Shown: positions 4,437-5,758 of the stretch, one piece after another
Position numbering within the stretch: the first letter of the stretch is position 1
Layout of the letters: each line of letters starts with the position of its first letter
From: a virus
Reading direction: 5' to 3' (one strand)
DNA length: 5,758 bases
Virus record (IMG/VR): IMGVR_UViG_3300022758_000325
Coordinates: 1-5,758 of that record
The notes under the pieces: model-generated
Told to the model about the DNA's origin: nothing
Databases searched by the model: none
Seen by the model: only the letters and a program-made list of their open reading frames with translations
Program-made: the position numbers and the translations under genes

Positions 4437-4784
4437 GTGCACAAGTCCGGCTTTACGTCTGAAAGGTACTCCTATAATAGTTCGACTCAACTTATTCAGC
4501 TCCCTTACGAGGAAGATATTACTACTACATCTCAAGTTCTCAACCCGCAAGCTTGCGTTTCTGCTTTGCTTGTTGTCCTTGTCTTCATTACTACTGTTAC
4601 TTGGATTAAAAACGCGATTTGGGGGCGGCATGAGCTGATGGAAATTTTACCTTTTGCAATATTGTTTCGGCATCTTTTCTGTCCCCGAAATTGGTTATTT
4701 TATTATTTTCGCTGCTGTTTTCTCTATGTTGGTTCTCCTGTTGCGTCCGTGACAGGTTCCAAAATATTTTTTTTGAAAGGGTGA
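4437..4784 (+). CDS. Membrane protein candidate (115 aa from GTG 4437); the 3' half is uncertain
   Basis: GTG 4437 has SD-like ACGGAGT (4424-4430) at 6-nt spacing. There is a clear TM segment ACVSALLVVLVFITTVTWI followed by basic KNAIWGRH. After about 4640 the translation becomes Cys/Trp/Phe-rich and the other frames give equally plausible hydrophobic peptides. It ends with tandem TGA TGA (4782-4787). Confidence 0.45.
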   Translation: MHKSGFTSERYSYNSSTQLIQLPYEEDITTTSQVLNPQACVSALLVVLVFITTVTWIKNAIWGRHELMEILPFAILFRHLFCPRNWLFYYFRCCFLYVGSPVASVTGSKIFFLKG

Positions 4785-4790
4785 TGACTT

Positions 4791-4982
4791 CAGACTCCTT
4801 CTACTTCCATTGTTGGCGCGCTGCTTTCTCAGGTCGGCGAATTTTTCACTCAGATGATTACTTGGATGGGTCAGCTGATTGATTTCTACGAGCAGCAGCC
4901 GATTCTTCTCGTATTCGTCATTCTGACGATTGCAGGAATCGTGCTTCGTCTTCTCCGCCGTTGGATTCCTGGCCGTTCCTAA
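4791..4982 (+). CDS. Major-coat-protein-like ORF (amphipathic/acidic N-part, TM, basic C-terminus); start codon unresolved
   Basis: The frame is open from 4788 to 4982: (L)QTPSTSIVGALLSQVGEFFTQMITWMGQLIDFYEQQPILLVFVILTIAGIVLRLLRRWIPGRS. The TM followed by RLLRRW is the typical DNA-contacting tail of inovirus coat proteins. A strong terminator directly follows, as after gene VIII of Ff phages. The only in-frame ATGs (4854, 4866) lack an SD, and the SD at 4777-4783 is followed by CAG 4791. The conservative alternative is 4854-4982 (42 aa). Confidence 0.5.
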   Translation, partial: QTPSTSIVGALLSQVGEFFTQMITWMGQLIDFYEQQPILLVFVILTIAGIVLRLLRRWIPGRS

Positions 4983-4989
4983 AGTGTGA

Positions 4990-5038
4990 GAAAACGTCAC
5001 CGACCATTTTTTGGTCGGCGACGTTTTCTCGTTTTATG
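4990..5038 (+). terminator. Strong rho-independent terminator after the coat-like ORF
   Basis: GAAAACGTCACCGACCA (4990-5006) pairs with TGGTCGGCGACGTTTTC (5012-5028), with one AxC mismatch and loop TTTTT. The GC-rich core 4995-5023 is followed by TTTTCTCGTTTT. Confidence 0.8.
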
Positions 5039-5053
5039 AAAGGATTATATGTT

Positions 5054-5677
5054 ATGGTTTATGGTATTCTTATCTTTTGTATTTGCTGGCTTTTTGTATA
5101 TATCGATAATTATTGCAAAAATCCCTACAAATTGGAAGCTGTTGTTGGTTCAAAAGGTTCTGGCAAATCTCTGTATATGTCTCGTGTTGCTGATAAGTGG
5201 CTACGTTCTAATAAAGGGCTTATTTATAGCAATATGGGTATTGGTTATGAGTTAGAGCCGGAATATTGGAAACAGACCTTTGTTCCTGATTCCCTTATTC
5301 TTATTGATGAGATAGGCGTGCTCCACTCTAATCGTGATTTTAAGACTATGCCACGGGATGCTGTCGAGTTTTTCAAGATGCAGCGCAAATATCATTTAAC
5401 AATTATTGTATCTTCTCAAACTATGGATTTTGATAAAAAGATTCGTGACCTCTGCGACCGTATTTATTTATGCAATCGCATTGGCTGGTTCTGTCGCCTT
5501 ACTCCCTATCGCTCCTGTATCGCTATGGAACATCGCCCCGAGGGGGGCCAAGAGTTGGTCAACACGGTGCGGAAGGCGGGTCGGGCAAGGTGGTATACTA
5601 TCCCCAAGTCCGTGAAGCTGGTGAGTGCCTTAGAATACGATACAGAGCAGGTTATCACTAAGACCCCCTCGAAATAA
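5054..5677 (+). CDS. Zot / pI-family P-loop assembly ATPase (207 aa) with an N-terminal TM helix
   Basis: ATG 5054 has SD AAGGATT (5040-5046) at 7-nt spacing. Walker A is VVGSKGSGKS and Walker B is SLILIDEIG. FFKMQRKYHLTIIVSSQ matches the Zot-family HRH-G-D-I-Q block. The N-terminus MVYGILIFCICWLFVYI is hydrophobic. The upstream extension to 4961 in the ORF track runs through the terminator hairpin and is not credible. Confidence 0.85.
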   Translation: MVYGILIFCICWLFVYIDNYCKNPYKLEAVVGSKGSGKSLYMSRVADKWLRSNKGLIYSNMGIGYELEPEYWKQTFVPDSLILIDEIGVLHSNRDFKTMPRDAVEFFKMQRKYHLTIIVSSQTMDFDKKIRDLCDRIYLCNRIGWFCRLTPYRSCIAMEHRPEGGQELVNTVRKAGRARWYTIPKSVKLVSALEYDTEQVITKTPSK

Positions 5678-5758
5678 AAACTTCCCCCCGTGCCCTTTAG
5701 GGTCAGGGGGGTTGTTTTTATTTCTTCTTTAGTCATGCCATGCGATGACCCAAGGCAT
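5632..5758. repeat. Terminal direct repeat (copy 2), identical to 1-127
   Basis: See copy 1. It contains the true 3' end of the Zot-like CDS, the second image of the terminator (5676-5719) and the 3' end of the minus-strand 76-aa CDS (5729-5758, partial duplicate of 98-127). Confidence 0.97.
5676..5719. terminator. Bidirectional terminator (same physical element as 45-88)
   Basis: The sequence is identical to 45-88 (offset 5631). Confidence 0.8.

Noticed and set aside
4782-4787. TGA TGA between the 4437 ORF and the in-frame coat-like ORF as evidence for a TGA-sense genetic code (code 4 or 25)
   Set aside because: The long well-supported genes (pIII-like, Zot-like) are intact under the standard code. 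TGA also serves as the apparent stop of the 78-aa and 132-aa genes. Recoding would not repair the Rep frame changes. Sharing a frame has a one-in-three chance by coincidence.
4961-5053. N-terminal extension of the Zot-like ORF given by the track (MDSWPFLKCEKTSPTIFWSATFSRF...)
   Set aside because: The extension is translated through the 39-nt terminator hairpin (4990-5028) and begins at a non-ATG codon with no SD. ATG 5054 has a well-spaced SD.
1-5758. Terminal repeats as biological LTR, ITR or att duplications; also CRISPR arrays and XerCD/dif-like sites
   Set aside because: The repeat is direct, exact, cut off by the window end, and interrupts a CDS that is continuous when circularised. This fits an assembly overlap. 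I saw no spaced short repeats and no convincing 28-nt dif-like motif (only weak TTATGT fragments near 604 and 2026).

Overview
The window is one complete circular replicon read slightly more than once. Nt 1-127 are identical to nt 5632-5758, so the unit length is 5,631 bp. Gene content and layout indicate a small filamentous ssDNA phage (inovirus-like, Tubulavirales). Almost all genes lie on the T-rich + strand with strong Shine-Dalgarno sites and overlapping stop/start junctions. The + strand genes include a Zot/pI-type P-loop assembly ATPase (5054-5677) and a Rep_trans-type rolling-circle initiator (1639-2473). They also include an 80-aa gV-like protein (1275-1517) and a secreted 420-aa pIII-like protein with C-terminal membrane anchors (2602-3864). 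Several tiny membrane proteins follow, then a coat-like ORF with a basic C-terminus that is followed by a strong intrinsic terminator (4990-5038). A two-gene cassette of unknown function (583->98) is transcribed divergently from a near-consensus promoter. It is separated from the + strand promoter by a structured, GC-rich non-coding island. I saw no integrase, secretin, CRISPR array or dif-like site. Four things deserve a second look. First, there is a complete tRNA gene (2480-2553, anticodon CUG) whose acceptor stem matches my recollection of bacterial initiator tRNA-fMet, including the C1xA72 mismatch. Second, the Rep gene is spread over three reading frames, needing two -1 shifts; the second sits at a T8 slippery run, and the unshifted frame reads through the tRNA gene. 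Third, the coat-like frame has no canonical start at its SD but has a CAG at ideal spacing. Fourth, there are dense hairpin clusters at the likely origin and leader regions. All functional calls come from motif recognition by eye, not database searches.
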